DNA of 64,000 bases, taken from the NCBI GenBank assembly GCA_050287845.1, contig JBNKCR010000098.1, positions 192,001-256,000 on the forward strand, given 5' to 3'. The stretch is from Polyangia bacterium (GTDB taxonomy: Bacteria > Myxococcota_A > Polyangia > JAAYKL01). The notes under the pieces were generated by a model. The model made no database searches. It was not told the origin of the DNA and saw only the letters and a list, made by a program, of their open reading frames with translations. Made by a program: the position numbers and the translations under genes. Numbering within the stretch: position 1 is the first letter of the stretch; every line of letters starts with the position of its first letter. Of the stretch, positions 20,020 through 29,857 are shown piece by piece.

Positions 20020-22041
20020 ATGCGTTTTTTTCGCAACCAGATGTCTCGGTCCTTCAAATATCTTCTACTATCGGCAGTTTTTTGGGGGGGAATACTGGGA
20101 TGTGCAACATTGTACTATATGTCCGATCGCCATGTGAGATCGGTCAGTATGGTGCTGGGCGCCCTGGTTGTGGCTGGCATCGGCGTTACGTTTTTACTGG
20201 CCCTGCTTTTGTATTCCATGCGGAAGGTCAGGCGCCAACTGGCAGAGAGTGAAGAGCTGTTTCGTGTGGTGTTCGAGAATGCAGCAGTCGGGTTGATTCA
20301 TATCGACAGTACTGGCCGCGTGCTTCATGTCAACGAAGCATTCTGCCATATCACTGGTTATATGGCGCAAGCACTTCTGTCGCAGGAATTTAATTTCGGA
20401 CAGCTGTTTTATTCTCAGACGGTGCGAAACAAATTGTTTCCCGGTGAGCAACAGGAATACACCTCTGAAAATCGGTACGTGATCACCGAGCCGTGTCGCG
20501 TCAACGATGACCGGATGGTGTGGCTGGATATGCATGTGGAGCGTATTTTCGGGGAGTCTGTTCATTCCGGTACATACGTTATTGCCGCTGTGGATGTAAC
20601 CAAACAGCGCCGGGTGGCTGGTGAACTTGCAGCATATCGGGAGAATCTGGAACAACTTGTTGACGAGCGCACCGCGGAGCTGATGGAAAGTGAGGGACGA
20701 TTCCGGTTCATTGCGGAACACCATCACGATGTGATATGGACCGTGGATTTGCAGAGTCAGCGGATGACATATGTTTCCCCTTCAGTGGAAAAGCTTCGGG
20801 GATTCACCGTGCAACAGGTGATGAGTCAGTCGCCCTGGGATTCGTTCACACCGGCGAGCCGAAAAAAGCTTCATGAACAGTTGTGGGAAGTGCTGCAGCA
20901 TTGGGATCAGGATGGCCAGAAAGAGCAGACCCGAATCATTGAAGCGCGGCAGTATCATAAGGACGGCCATACTATTGATGTGGAACTGGTGGTGTCGATT
21001 TATCCCAATGAAAAGGGGGAACCGGGCGCGCTGCTGGGAGTAACCCACAATATTACCGAACGCAAGCGAACGGAGCAGGAACTTCGGCGAATGGCATTTC
21101 ATGACGGCTTGACCGGTTTGGCCAATCGACGGCTGCTATACGACAGACTGCGTCAGGCCATTGGTCATGCTCACAGACGGCAGCGAAGAATCGCGTTGCT
21201 GTTTATTGACCTCGACAATTTCAAACCAGTCAATGATCAGTTGGGGCATCACATCGGTGACTGGTTACTGAAAGCGGTGTCCATTCGGATACAGGATGTG
21301 CTTCGCGCATATGATACTGCCGCACGAATGGGAGGCGACGAATTTATCGTGCTGCTGCCGGATCTGGAACAGGTCAGTGACGCGCTGGTAATTGCGGAGC
21401 GCATTCGGACAGTGACCGATGAGCCTTTCATTACCGACGACGGAAAGCGGATTCGTTTGACTGTCAGTATTGGTGTCGCACTGTTTCCGGACCATGCAGA
21501 TAATGAGCATGACCTGCTGCGTGTGGGAGACGACGCCATGTATCATGCCAAACGGACGGGACGGAATCGGGTGGAGATGTTGGCGTTCCCCTCCGCACTG
21601 CCCGGTGGAATGGATTGGGCGTTATCGGAACGGGACATTCCACTGAGTCTCTCGTGGAACGCCATGATGGAGAGCGGCGATTCTCAGCTGGATGCGGAGC
21701 ATCAACACTTATTTGAACATGCCAATCATGTCATATATGCCGCCATGGTCAGAGAGGAATATCCGGAACGATTTTATCTGGCGCTGGACAATCTGTTGCA
21801 TGAAATGCAGGAACACTTCAATCATGAAGAAGAAATACTGCTTGGCAATCAATGGCCGCATCTGCAGGCCCATATTCAGAAACATCAATATCTGCTGGCA
21901 AAAGCAGCACATTTACGCGCTCAGGCCGAGACAGACGCGTTACCCATTCGGGAACTGGTCGACTTTCTGGCAATAGAGATGGTGGTGCAGCACATTATGA
22001 CCGATGATCGGCAATATTTTCATTTTATCGGGCCAAACTGA
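20020..22041 (+). CDS. Diguanylate cyclase: 2TM-PAS-PAS-GGDEF-bacteriohemerythrin
   Basis: Two PAS/PAC domains; HDGLTGLANR, DLDNFKPVND, RAYD I-site, RMGGDEF; hemerythrin ligands EHQHL, HFNHEE, HIQKH, HIMTDD. Confidence 0.93.
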   Translation: MRFFRNQMSRSFKYLLLSAVFWGGILGCATLYYMSDRHVRSVSMVLGALVVAGIGVTFLLALLLYSMRKVRRQLAESEELFRVVFENAAVGLIHIDSTGRVLHVNEAFCHITGYMAQALLSQEFNFGQLFYSQTVRNKLFPGEQQEYTSENRYVITEPCRVNDDRMVWLDMHVERIFGESVHSGTYVIAAVDVTKQRRVAGELAAYRENLEQLVDERTAELMESEGRFRFIAEHHHDVIWTVDLQSQRMTYVSPSVEKLRGFTVQQVMSQSPWDSFTPASRKKLHEQLWEVLQHWDQDGQKEQTRIIEARQYHKDGHTIDVELVVSIYPNEKGEPGALLGVTHNITERKRTEQELRRMAFHDGLTGLANRRLLYDRLRQAIGHAHRRQRRIALLFIDLDNFKPVNDQLGHHIGDWLLKAVSIRIQDVLRAYDTAARMGGDEFIVLLPDLEQVSDALVIAERIRTVTDEPFITDDGKRIRLTVSIGVALFPDHADNEHDLLRVGDDAMYHAKRTGRNRVEMLAFPSALPGGMDWALSERDIPLSLSWNAMMESGDSQLDAEHQHLFEHANHVIYAAMVREEYPERFYLALDNLLHEMQEHFNHEEEILLGNQWPHLQAHIQKHQYLLAKAAHLRAQAETDALPIRELVDFLAIEMVVQHIMTDDRQYFHFIGPN

Positions 22042-22053
22042 GCGGGGACAGGG

Positions 22054-23169
22054 TTATTGGGGGAAGCGCTTCTGCATGGATGCTTCAATTGTTTTCAGAA
22101 AATGGTCCGCCAGTTGTTTCCATTGGAACCGTTTTTCCACCGGGGCAAACTTGATGGTGCGCGGGTTTTTCATTGCGAGAAATAATTTTTTGCTGAAATC
22201 ATGGACATCCGGTTCGGCGATTCGCGCTTTTTTGGAATCGCAGTCGTACTGAATTTCCCCGGCCGTCCTGAGACGATAATCAATCAGAGTGGCGTTCTCA
22301 TGGGTCAGAAAATCCATGTGTCCACTCCAACCGGTCACCATAACCGGCAGTCCACAGGCCAGTGCTTCAAGATACACCATTCCAAAACCTTCTCCTCGGG
22401 TGGCGGAGACCAGACAGTTTGCACTGCGATAAAGGGATGCAATATCGGCTTCAGACAAAAACGTATCGAGCAGGACCACGGCGGGCGCGTTTTTTTCATT
22501 CTGGTACGCTGCAAACATGCCATGAATGTCACGGTACTCAAAGGGTTTACCTTTTTTCGCTGGTACGTAATTTATCTTTACGATTAGCACTACGTCATCG
22601 GCAGCGGTGAATGCATTGCGGTACGCCTGGAGGAGGGTATCCAGTCCTTTTCGCTTGTGCGGTGACGCGACAGCTAAAAACCTGAAGGTTTTATCGGTAT
22701 ATGGGGAGAGGTCCAACCGGGGACCCTCCGGCGAATAAATATCCGGGTTATATCCGTAGTGCAGTATCTCAATTTTCTCGTCATCCATCCCGCATTGTAC
22801 GAATATATCTCTGCAGAAAGTGGAAGATACCAGCAACAAATCAAGGTGCTTATTCGCCTGTTCAATCCAGAGGGGTGGCACCACAGTGCTTTCATACGTC
22901 AGGATGCCCACTTTAAATTTGCCCTGGAGCATATGATAAGTGGAAGGGTGCTCGAATGTGAACACCACGTCATCGCGAAAAGAGTTGGTGGTGCGTGCCA
23001 TGACCGCATCGGGAAGCGGAAACGATTCATCGTACAGAAACCCCTTTCGTTCGAAAACGTTGAGGTCCAAATCGGTTTTCGTCAAAGCGTGCACCAGCTC
23101 GCGGCAGACCTTGGCCCAACTGGTTGGGGCGCGAAGTATTCCAAAATATGTGAGTTGATTGAGTGTCAA
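22054..23169 (-). CDS. Glycosyltransferase family 4 (GT-B)
   Basis: HKRKGLDTLL, TRGEGFGMVYLEALACGLPV. Start is TTG 23169 (after AAGGGA) or ATG 23211. Confidence 0.88.
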   Translation of the reverse strand: MTLNQLTYFGILRAPTSWAKVCRELVHALTKTDLDLNVFERKGFLYDESFPLPDAVMARTTNSFRDDVVFTFEHPSTYHMLQGKFKVGILTYESTVVPPLWIEQANKHLDLLLVSSTFCRDIFVQCGMDDEKIEILHYGYNPDIYSPEGPRLDLSPYTDKTFRFLAVASPHKRKGLDTLLQAYRNAFTAADDVVLIVKINYVPAKKGKPFEYRDIHGMFAAYQNEKNAPAVVLLDTFLSEADIASLYRSANCLVSATRGEGFGMVYLEALACGLPVMVTGWSGHMDFLTHENATLIDYRLRTAGEIQYDCDSKKARIAEPDVHDFSKKLFLAMKNPRTIKFAPVEKRFQWKQLADHFLKTIEASMQKRFPQ

Positions 23170-23209
23170 AAGACTTCCCTTTTGGTGTCGTTTCAAATAG
23201 GTAGTAGCC

Positions 23210-24505
23210 ATGAAACGGTTCGCACTGGTCAATTTTGTTCCACCGCGTGATGTTGCCAATTATCTGGGATACAGCCAGGGGTTGGGTTCCATCAGTGCAA
23301 GCCTTAAAGAATTAAACCATCAGACCGTTTTATTCAATATAGATAATGTGAACGACAAAGAATCGTTTCAGTCCGTCGCCCGATTCGATGCGGTTTTCGT
23401 GTATCTGTGTACAACGGGGTATCCGCTGTTTTCGGTTGCATTGGATACATACTGGAAAAAAAAGGTACCCGTTTTCGTTGGCGGCCCCCATGCCATTGCG
23501 TTGCCGGAGACCCTGGCCATGGAGGAAGGCGTGACCGGTGTCTGCGTGGGGGAGGGGGAGCGGACAGTATTGGCGCTCGCGGAATGCCTGGAGACCGGCC
23601 GCAGTCTCGATGAAGTGCCCAATCTGTACTTCAATCGCAATGATATGCTGCAGCGAAATGAAACCGGGTGCATCGTGGAAGACCTCGATACCCTGCCTTT
23701 TCCCGATCGTGCATTCTTTCCATATGAAAGCGTACTCTCCACCAAGGCCGGCAAGCTGGTGGGCATGGAATTTATGGCCACCCGTGGCTGCAAGTATGGG
23801 TGTCGCTTTTGCCTCAATCCGCGTCTGCTCAAATTGCAGGGTAAAAAAATGATCCGTCGACGATCGGTTCAATCCATCGTGGAGGAGATTACCCGGGCAA
23901 CATCTCTCTACAATTATCGGGGAGTCATTGGATTTCACGACGACATATTTACCCTGGATTTGAACTGGTTGGCACAGTTCGCCGATGCATTCCGGCGAGA
24001 TGTGAATCGTCCATTCTGGTGCAACGTGCACATCAGCGATATTGACGAAGACATCGTGCGAACCCTTCGCAGGGCAGGGTGCTATCGCGTTCTTGTGGGG
24101 ATTGAATGCGGCAACGAAAGCATCCGGCGAAAAGTTCTGGGAAAGCATTTGAGCAATGAGGAAATACTGTACAAAATTCAGTTGCTGAAAAAACAGCATA
24201 TCAAAATTGTTGCAACATTCATGATTGGCCTGCCCGACGAAACCGAAGAAAATCTGATTGAATCCGTAAATTTCTGCAGACAAATTGCACCGGACTGGAT
24301 ACTGCTGTCATCGCTGTTTCCTTTTCCGGGTACCCGTCTTTACACTCAACTGGTTGAACAGGATCGCCTTGATCCGCATTTTTACAGGCGTCTTGATGTC
24401 GAAACGTTCTACAGTGCTTCCCTTGTATACGATCAGCGGGGATTGACCGCGGACAGATTGGACTATTACTTTCAGAACTTCAGGAAGATGTCGGGCGTTT
24501 TGTGA
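23210..24505 (+). CDS. B12-binding domain radical SAM protein
   Basis: FVGGPHA, VCVGEGE, DLDTLPFPDR, TRGCKYGCRFC (CxxxCxxC), FHDDIF, GIECGN, FMIGLPDET. Confidence 0.93.
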   Translation: MKRFALVNFVPPRDVANYLGYSQGLGSISASLKELNHQTVLFNIDNVNDKESFQSVARFDAVFVYLCTTGYPLFSVALDTYWKKKVPVFVGGPHAIALPETLAMEEGVTGVCVGEGERTVLALAECLETGRSLDEVPNLYFNRNDMLQRNETGCIVEDLDTLPFPDRAFFPYESVLSTKAGKLVGMEFMATRGCKYGCRFCLNPRLLKLQGKKMIRRRSVQSIVEEITRATSLYNYRGVIGFHDDIFTLDLNWLAQFADAFRRDVNRPFWCNVHISDIDEDIVRTLRRAGCYRVLVGIECGNESIRRKVLGKHLSNEEILYKIQLLKKQHIKIVATFMIGLPDETEENLIESVNFCRQIAPDWILLSSLFPFPGTRLYTQLVEQDRLDPHFYRRLDVETFYSASLVYDQRGLTADRLDYYFQNFRKMSGVL

Positions 24506-25190
24506 TTTGAAATCGCTGGGGCTGAACAACCATTTTCGATACAACGGTGCCGGGACGCTGGTTTAACGCGTACATCACCGCGTCGGCAATGCAGCTGGGA
24601 AGAATAAACGTGTCTTCGTTTTCAGAAGGCGTGAAATAATTGTCCCTGTAAAAGCTGGTGTCGCTGGTAATATCCGGGCAAATCGTGGTGACCCGGACCC
24701 CCTGCTTTCGAGCTTCCTCGAACAGACAGTCGCCAAAATGGGTCAGCGCCGCTTTGGTTGCACTGTACACAGCGCCCTGACTGTGGGTCTTCAACGCTGC
24801 GGTGCTGGCGATGTTGACGATGGTCCCGCTGCTTTTTCGAAGCCAGAACAGCAGCTGAGATGTGAGCACGAACGGCGCGGTGACATTGGTGCGAACCATC
24901 TCATCAATGTCCGCCACATCCAGGGTGTCAAGGGGACCGAATATCCCGACACCGGCGTTGTTCACCAGAACATCCACCCGTTTTTCTTCTCGAATGATTT
25001 GGTTGGCGGCTACACACAGCGCGCCCAGATCGGTGATGTCACAAATCACTGGCAGAAACAGGGAGGAATCCAGTGTCTCGCTGTTGAATTGCCTGGCGAA
25101 CCCATAGGTTCTGTATCCGGCATCCACCAGTCGCCTGGCGATTTCAAGGCCAATTCCCCGGGAGGCCCCGGTTATGATTGCGATTCCCAT
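24480..25190 (-). CDS. Short-chain dehydrogenase/reductase
   Basis: TGASRGIG, NNAG, YSATK catalytic YxxxK. Confidence 0.94.
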   Translation of the reverse strand: MGIAIITGASRGIGLEIARRLVDAGYRTYGFARQFNSETLDSSLFLPVICDITDLGALCVAANQIIREEKRVDVLVNNAGVGIFGPLDTLDVADIDEMVRTNVTAPFVLTSQLLFWLRKSSGTIVNIASTAALKTHSQGAVYSATKAALTHFGDCLFEEARKQGVRVTTICPDITSDTSFYRDNYFTPSENEDTFILPSCIADAVMYALNQRPGTVVSKMVVQPQRFQITKRPTSS

Positions 25191-26173
25191 ATTATCAGCT
25201 TCTCCCTGGATATATATTCAGATAATGGAATAATTATATCATTATTGAAGCACTCGGAGCCAATTTTCATCTCTTTATAAAACAAATCACACCAGGGACG
25301 ATGCCTGCGGATCCGTTTGAAAAAGTCTTTGCCCATTCGGAATGGTCCGGTGGTCACATCATAGAGTTTGTTCCCCGGAAGACTGGTGAAGACTTTTTCA
25401 AATAGCGCCTGGTATTCGATTTGCCATTGCGGAATGGGAACGACCGGGTCAAAGCACAGGCGAACATGCCAGCCGGCATTCAAGGCCTCCTTCGCGGCCT
25501 GTAATCGACTGTCGAGTGATGGGGCGCCGTGCTCCAGCTGCGTAATGACCTGCTGCGGGTTCAGCGACCAGGACAAAAGAAAACTCGGTGAAGGTGGAAT
25601 TTCAGAAATGCGTTTGAACTGCCCACTTCGGGTTCGGCATTCAAACATGATGTTGGCGTGATTACGACTGAAGTCTATCCATTCTTCGGTGAAACCGCAA
25701 ATGGGCTCCATCGCCAGTAGATCGGTTTCGTATGAAATGCTGGTCAGCAAAGGCGATTGTTCATCATTTTCTATCCGGTCAAGAGCATTGAACACATCTT
25801 CGGTGTTTACAAACATCACCAGATTGGCGCTGTTGTACATGCCATGCAGGAAACAGAAGTCACAATCAAAGCGGCAGCCCAGCGCCGGTGTGACGTATAC
25901 CGCCCGATTAAATCCCGCATGCGGACAATTGGCAGAAAACGGATAGGTGAATGGTGGCTGTTTAAAGGCCAGAATGAGCTTGGGGCTTTTTTTCTGTAAA
26001 TCAAAGTTCTGCTTCGGTCGGTTGAAAATGTGTTTGTACGTTTCAATCTGAACCACCGTTGCACCGGGCAATCGGCTGATAATCCGTTGCGTTCGGGGAT
26101 GGTCAGCCACCGCGCGCTCCACGTAAATGTGAGAAAAGGGATTAACGAAGCAATTCTTTCTGGAACTGAGCAA
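25172..26173 (-). CDS. Spore photoproduct lyase-like radical SAM protein
   Basis: FSHIYVE, GCRFDCDFCFLHGMY, LLSWSLNP, EHGAPSLDSRLQAA, VRLCFDPV: SplB-like architecture. Confidence 0.85.
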   Translation of the reverse strand: MLSSRKNCFVNPFSHIYVERAVADHPRTQRIISRLPGATVVQIETYKHIFNRPKQNFDLQKKSPKLILAFKQPPFTYPFSANCPHAGFNRAVYVTPALGCRFDCDFCFLHGMYNSANLVMFVNTEDVFNALDRIENDEQSPLLTSISYETDLLAMEPICGFTEEWIDFSRNHANIMFECRTRSGQFKRISEIPPSPSFLLSWSLNPQQVITQLEHGAPSLDSRLQAAKEALNAGWHVRLCFDPVVPIPQWQIEYQALFEKVFTSLPGNKLYDVTTGPFRMGKDFFKRIRRHRPWCDLFYKEMKIGSECFNNDIIIPLSEYISREKLIIWESQS

Positions 26174-27023
26174 AGTATTGATTCCTTTCCCGGGCGGTCG
26201 TCACCCGGGCGGGGATGAATTCAGGCAGGGTGGCATCGGGGTATTTGTGAACAAACCGACGCACTGTCTGTCGGAGTTGCTCCTGCTGGGTTCTTGTCAA
26301 TTGGAGAATGTCAATCAGGTTCTCCATATATTTCCGGTGAACCCCATTGAATGGAATGGCCCGGGTTTGTCGATTGCACTCACAAACTGCATTCACGTAC
26401 GCGAACACCTCTGGCAATGCGTCACTCAGGGCTCCGTTCATTGCCGCCACATTGATGCGGGGTTGGGTGGAAGGCGGTTCTGAACGGCGTGCATCCTGGA
26501 GGAGACCGGAGGGGACAATGTCCGAGACCACTTTGGCAGAAATAATTTTCTCCGGTCCAACAAACATGGATGCTGCTTCGAAAAAGCCGCTGGCTTCCAT
26601 ATCGACCAGCCCCTGTGAAATCGACTGCAACGTCTGTTCGGTAGCCGGTTTATCCAGGGTGGTCACCGATGTTTCCCGCATCGGGTGACTGGCAAGCATA
26701 TCGGGGTAGTAATGTCGGGAGGTTGCTTCATCGCGAATCTGATGAATGAGCCAGCGGCTTCCCACGGGATGGATGGGGGATGTACTTCCCGCAATTCCCA
26801 GATTGACCACCGCGTCAATGGATTCCGGTGTAAAGCGGCAGCACAATGCACCTGTCGCCGCAGCGGCCCGGACCTTGCCCACGCCGGATACCACCAGATG
26901 ATATGGCGGCTTCGAATATACCGTTAAACGGCCATCAACCGGCTGGAGCTTCAGATGCTTCGTGATACAAGCACCTTCGAAAGGCAGGGCTATTACGATC
27001 ACTATGTGCCGAAGCTGTTTCAT
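26142..27023 (-). CDS. Nucleoside phosphorylase / MTA-SAH nucleosidase-like protein with C-terminal helical extension
   Basis: VIALPFEG, SGVGKVRAAAA, VNLGIAGS, VDMEASGF, KVVSD (PNP_UDP_1 fold). Start moved to ATG 27023. Confidence 0.8.
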   Translation of the reverse strand: MKQLRHIVIVIALPFEGACITKHLKLQPVDGRLTVYSKPPYHLVVSGVGKVRAAAATGALCCRFTPESIDAVVNLGIAGSTSPIHPVGSRWLIHQIRDEATSRHYYPDMLASHPMRETSVTTLDKPATEQTLQSISQGLVDMEASGFFEAASMFVGPEKIISAKVVSDIVPSGLLQDARRSEPPSTQPRINVAAMNGALSDALPEVFAYVNAVCECNRQTRAIPFNGVHRKYMENLIDILQLTRTQQEQLRQTVRRFVHKYPDATLPEFIPARVTTARERNQYFAQFQKELLR

Positions 27024-27343
27024 ATCCACCTGTACTTTGACGCGGCATATCGCCCGTCCACCGCGTACCGCTGTATATTCTGGCATCAGGTCTACCATAA
27101 TCGCCATACAATCCGCGCGATAATTTCAAAAAAAAGAAGTTTATAACAGTCAAACGTCGCTGAATCCTGTAGAAATGTACATTGGCGTATCTTCCACGGA
27201 TCCCCCGGGATTTCAGGGCGGATCAATAAAAATGATTTTCGTGGGGGGGAGGTATTGATTTTTTCGTTGCGGGGAGCTATCACGGCCCTGGAAGATTCTG
27301 CCGCGCGCATCGCGTGACAAATATTGATTACACAGGATTCGTC

Positions 27344-28012
27344 ATGCAACTAAACATCTCTCAGGCAGCGTCATTACTGGGGACATCTGAAGCAATGCTG
27401 ACTCGATGGGCTCGCCAGGGCGCCATTCCGGCTCAGGAATCGGAAAATGCGTTTTTTTTCTATCGAAAAGACCTGGAAGCGTGGGCGACCAGACGGCATA
27501 TCTCTCTGCGCGAGCCGGATGGGCCGGCGGCACCCGAAGTCGTAAAATCCCCCTCTCTGTTCGATGCGATGGCATCCGGGGGCTGCATTCGGAATATTCC
27601 GGGCACCGACGCCATTTCGTTTCTGACCAACCTTGTCGATGCAGTAACACTGCCGGATGTGAACCGGGCTACGCTTCTGGACCGGGTACTCGAACGGGAA
27701 GCGCTCTCCTCTACGGGAATTGGAAACGGCATTGCCATTCCCCATCCCAGACAACCCATTGAATCTCTGAGCAGTTCTATCATTGTGACTTGTTTTCCCT
27801 CACAACCGGTGAATTTCAAATCCGTGGATGGCCAGGGGGTGAGAGTGGCGTTCCTGATGCTGTCCGTGGACACGCCGGCTCATCTGAAGCTTTTGTCTCA
27901 GTTGTCCTATATTCTCCATCAACCCGACAATGCCGCGTTCTTTCGCAGTGCACCGCCTGAAGACGAAGTGATGGCGCTCCTGCAGCGACAATGCCGGGAC
28001 CTGGTGGAGTAG
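27344..28012 (+). CDS. PTS EIIA (Ntr/fructose-type) with N-terminal excisionase-like HTH
   Basis: LNISQAASLLGTSEAMLTRWARQGAIPA (HTH_17-like); REALSSTGIGNGIAIPHPR with the phospho-His; HLKLLSQLS. Confidence 0.9.
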   Translation: MQLNISQAASLLGTSEAMLTRWARQGAIPAQESENAFFFYRKDLEAWATRRHISLREPDGPAAPEVVKSPSLFDAMASGGCIRNIPGTDAISFLTNLVDAVTLPDVNRATLLDRVLEREALSSTGIGNGIAIPHPRQPIESLSSSIIVTCFPSQPVNFKSVDGQGVRVAFLMLSVDTPAHLKLLSQLSYILHQPDNAAFFRSAPPEDEVMALLQRQCRDLVE

Positions 28013-28016
28013 TCCG

Positions 28017-29720
28017 ATGAAGCGATACTTCAGACTGATACCAGGTTGGGATACCCGAATTCGCCTCCTGCTGATAGCGGGGGTGGTCGGAGTGGTTGCC
28101 GGACTGGCAGCAGTGCTCCTCCACGCCGGATTGCATTGGATTGGTCAGCTGGTACGCAGCATTTCCTGGCGATGGCTGTACCCGGCAATCACCACAGGGG
28201 GGATAGTGCTCACGGTTGTGCTGTTCCGCTTTGTGTTTCGAGACAAAGGCGCCCATGGCGTACCGGAGGTCATCTACTCCATTTCGAAACATGGGGGGGC
28301 GCTCCGTCTCAGATCCGCCCCGTCGCGATTAATTTGCAGTATGATTACCATCGCCACCGGCGGGTCGGCCGGACCGGAGGCGCCACTGGTTATCAGCGGC
28401 GCAAGCATCGGCTCAAATCTTTCCAGGCTGTTCCGAATGAAAGATCGTCAGCGGATTGTACTTGTCGGCTGTGGTGCCTCCGCTGCCATTGCCTCAATTT
28501 TCAATGCGCCGGTTACCGGAATTCTGTTCACCATGGAAGCGGTGATTGGAGAATGGAACCGCGGTCACCTGATTCCCATTGCCGTGGCTGCCGTCGTGGG
28601 AACCGAAGTGAGCCATCTGTTCCGGGGGAGTGAGATTGTTTTTTCCCACCGTACGTTTCACTTCTCTCATGCGGATATCCTGGCATCCGTGGCGTTGGCA
28701 TTCTTTACCGCCATGGTGGCGGTGATTTTTTTTCGTTTGTTTCGATGGATGTCTCAACAGATGGAGGTCCGTATCCGCTCTTTCTGGTTGAGAGCGATAC
28801 TGGGTGGACTCTTTGTGGGAAGCATTGCCATCGCATTTCCCGATGTGGCGGGCGAAGGATATGGCGCCGTAAGCCGAATGCTCAACAGCACTTACAGCGC
28901 GCCGATATACATTCTGGCTACCGTTATCCTCATGAAAATGGTCGCCAGTGCGGTCACCGCCGGCGCGGGGGGCGTCGGGGGGATATTTGCGCCGTCCCTG
29001 GTGGTCGGTGCAATGACCGGGTTGCTCTTTGCCCACATCGCTGAGATGGTGTTTCCCGGTGCGGGTCTTTCCGAATACGGCTTTTTCGCCCTGCTTGGCA
29101 TGGCGGGGGTTATCAGTTCCATCCTGCAGGCCCCCCTGACCGGCATATTTCTGATTCTCGAAATTACGGCCAGTTATAATGTCCTTTTACCTGTGGTGCT
29201 GGTTTCCGTATTATCGGTAACCCTCAGCAACTTCATGGAGCCCGATTCGATTTATCACCGGGAACTCTTTCAGAAAGGGATGATGCTGCGACATCGGACC
29301 GACGCCCGGGTCCTGACTGAAATCCGGTTGGAAGAACTTATCGAAAAAGACTGCATTTCCATTTTTCCCACTATGACCCTCGGTGAATTTGTGGAGCTGG
29401 CCAAAAAGTCCACCAGAAATTTCTTTCCGGTGTTATCTGAAAGCGACGGGACATACCTGGGCATGGTCACACTGGATGCGGCGAAACCATATATGTTTGA
29501 TCGCATTATGTACGAAACAGTACTGGTTGAATCCTTCATGACATCAATACTGACCGAAGTTTCACCTGATACGGAACTGATGGACGTGATTAACCTGATG
29601 GATGAAACCGGTGTCTTCAGTCTGCCTGTGGTGGAAGACGGTATCTTTCATGGACTGGTCTCCAAAGGGACATTGCTTGACCACTACCGAAGAGAGATGG
29701 TTGCCCAGGAAGAAGACTGA
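28017..29720 (+). CDS. ClC-family chloride channel/transporter with C-terminal CBS pair
   Basis: HGVPEV, GGSAGPEAP, FNAPVTG, GGIFAPSL, QAPLTG motifs; CBS domains. Confidence 0.93.
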   Translation: MKRYFRLIPGWDTRIRLLLIAGVVGVVAGLAAVLLHAGLHWIGQLVRSISWRWLYPAITTGGIVLTVVLFRFVFRDKGAHGVPEVIYSISKHGGALRLRSAPSRLICSMITIATGGSAGPEAPLVISGASIGSNLSRLFRMKDRQRIVLVGCGASAAIASIFNAPVTGILFTMEAVIGEWNRGHLIPIAVAAVVGTEVSHLFRGSEIVFSHRTFHFSHADILASVALAFFTAMVAVIFFRLFRWMSQQMEVRIRSFWLRAILGGLFVGSIAIAFPDVAGEGYGAVSRMLNSTYSAPIYILATVILMKMVASAVTAGAGGVGGIFAPSLVVGAMTGLLFAHIAEMVFPGAGLSEYGFFALLGMAGVISSILQAPLTGIFLILEITASYNVLLPVVLVSVLSVTLSNFMEPDSIYHRELFQKGMMLRHRTDARVLTEIRLEELIEKDCISIFPTMTLGEFVELAKKSTRNFFPVLSESDGTYLGMVTLDAAKPYMFDRIMYETVLVESFMTSILTEVSPDTELMDVINLMDETGVFSLPVVEDGIFHGLVSKGTLLDHYRREMVAQEED

Positions 29721-29857
29721 TTCCTCCCGGTTGGCTGACAAAGAAATACATTAAAATGATGCGTTTTTCTGAAAACGAGATACAATAACACCACAAATTT
29801 ACTGAACCTTTGTTTCTCAATCGGCGAGAATGGGTAATTTCGGCTGAGAGGATTGAT

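Noticed and set aside
27100..27343. Fluoride riboswitch upstream of the EIIA-ClC operon
   Set aside because: No GGxGAUGGxGUUCxCC or CUGAUGACUCCU signature, and the ClC lacks the fluoride-type GREGT motif.
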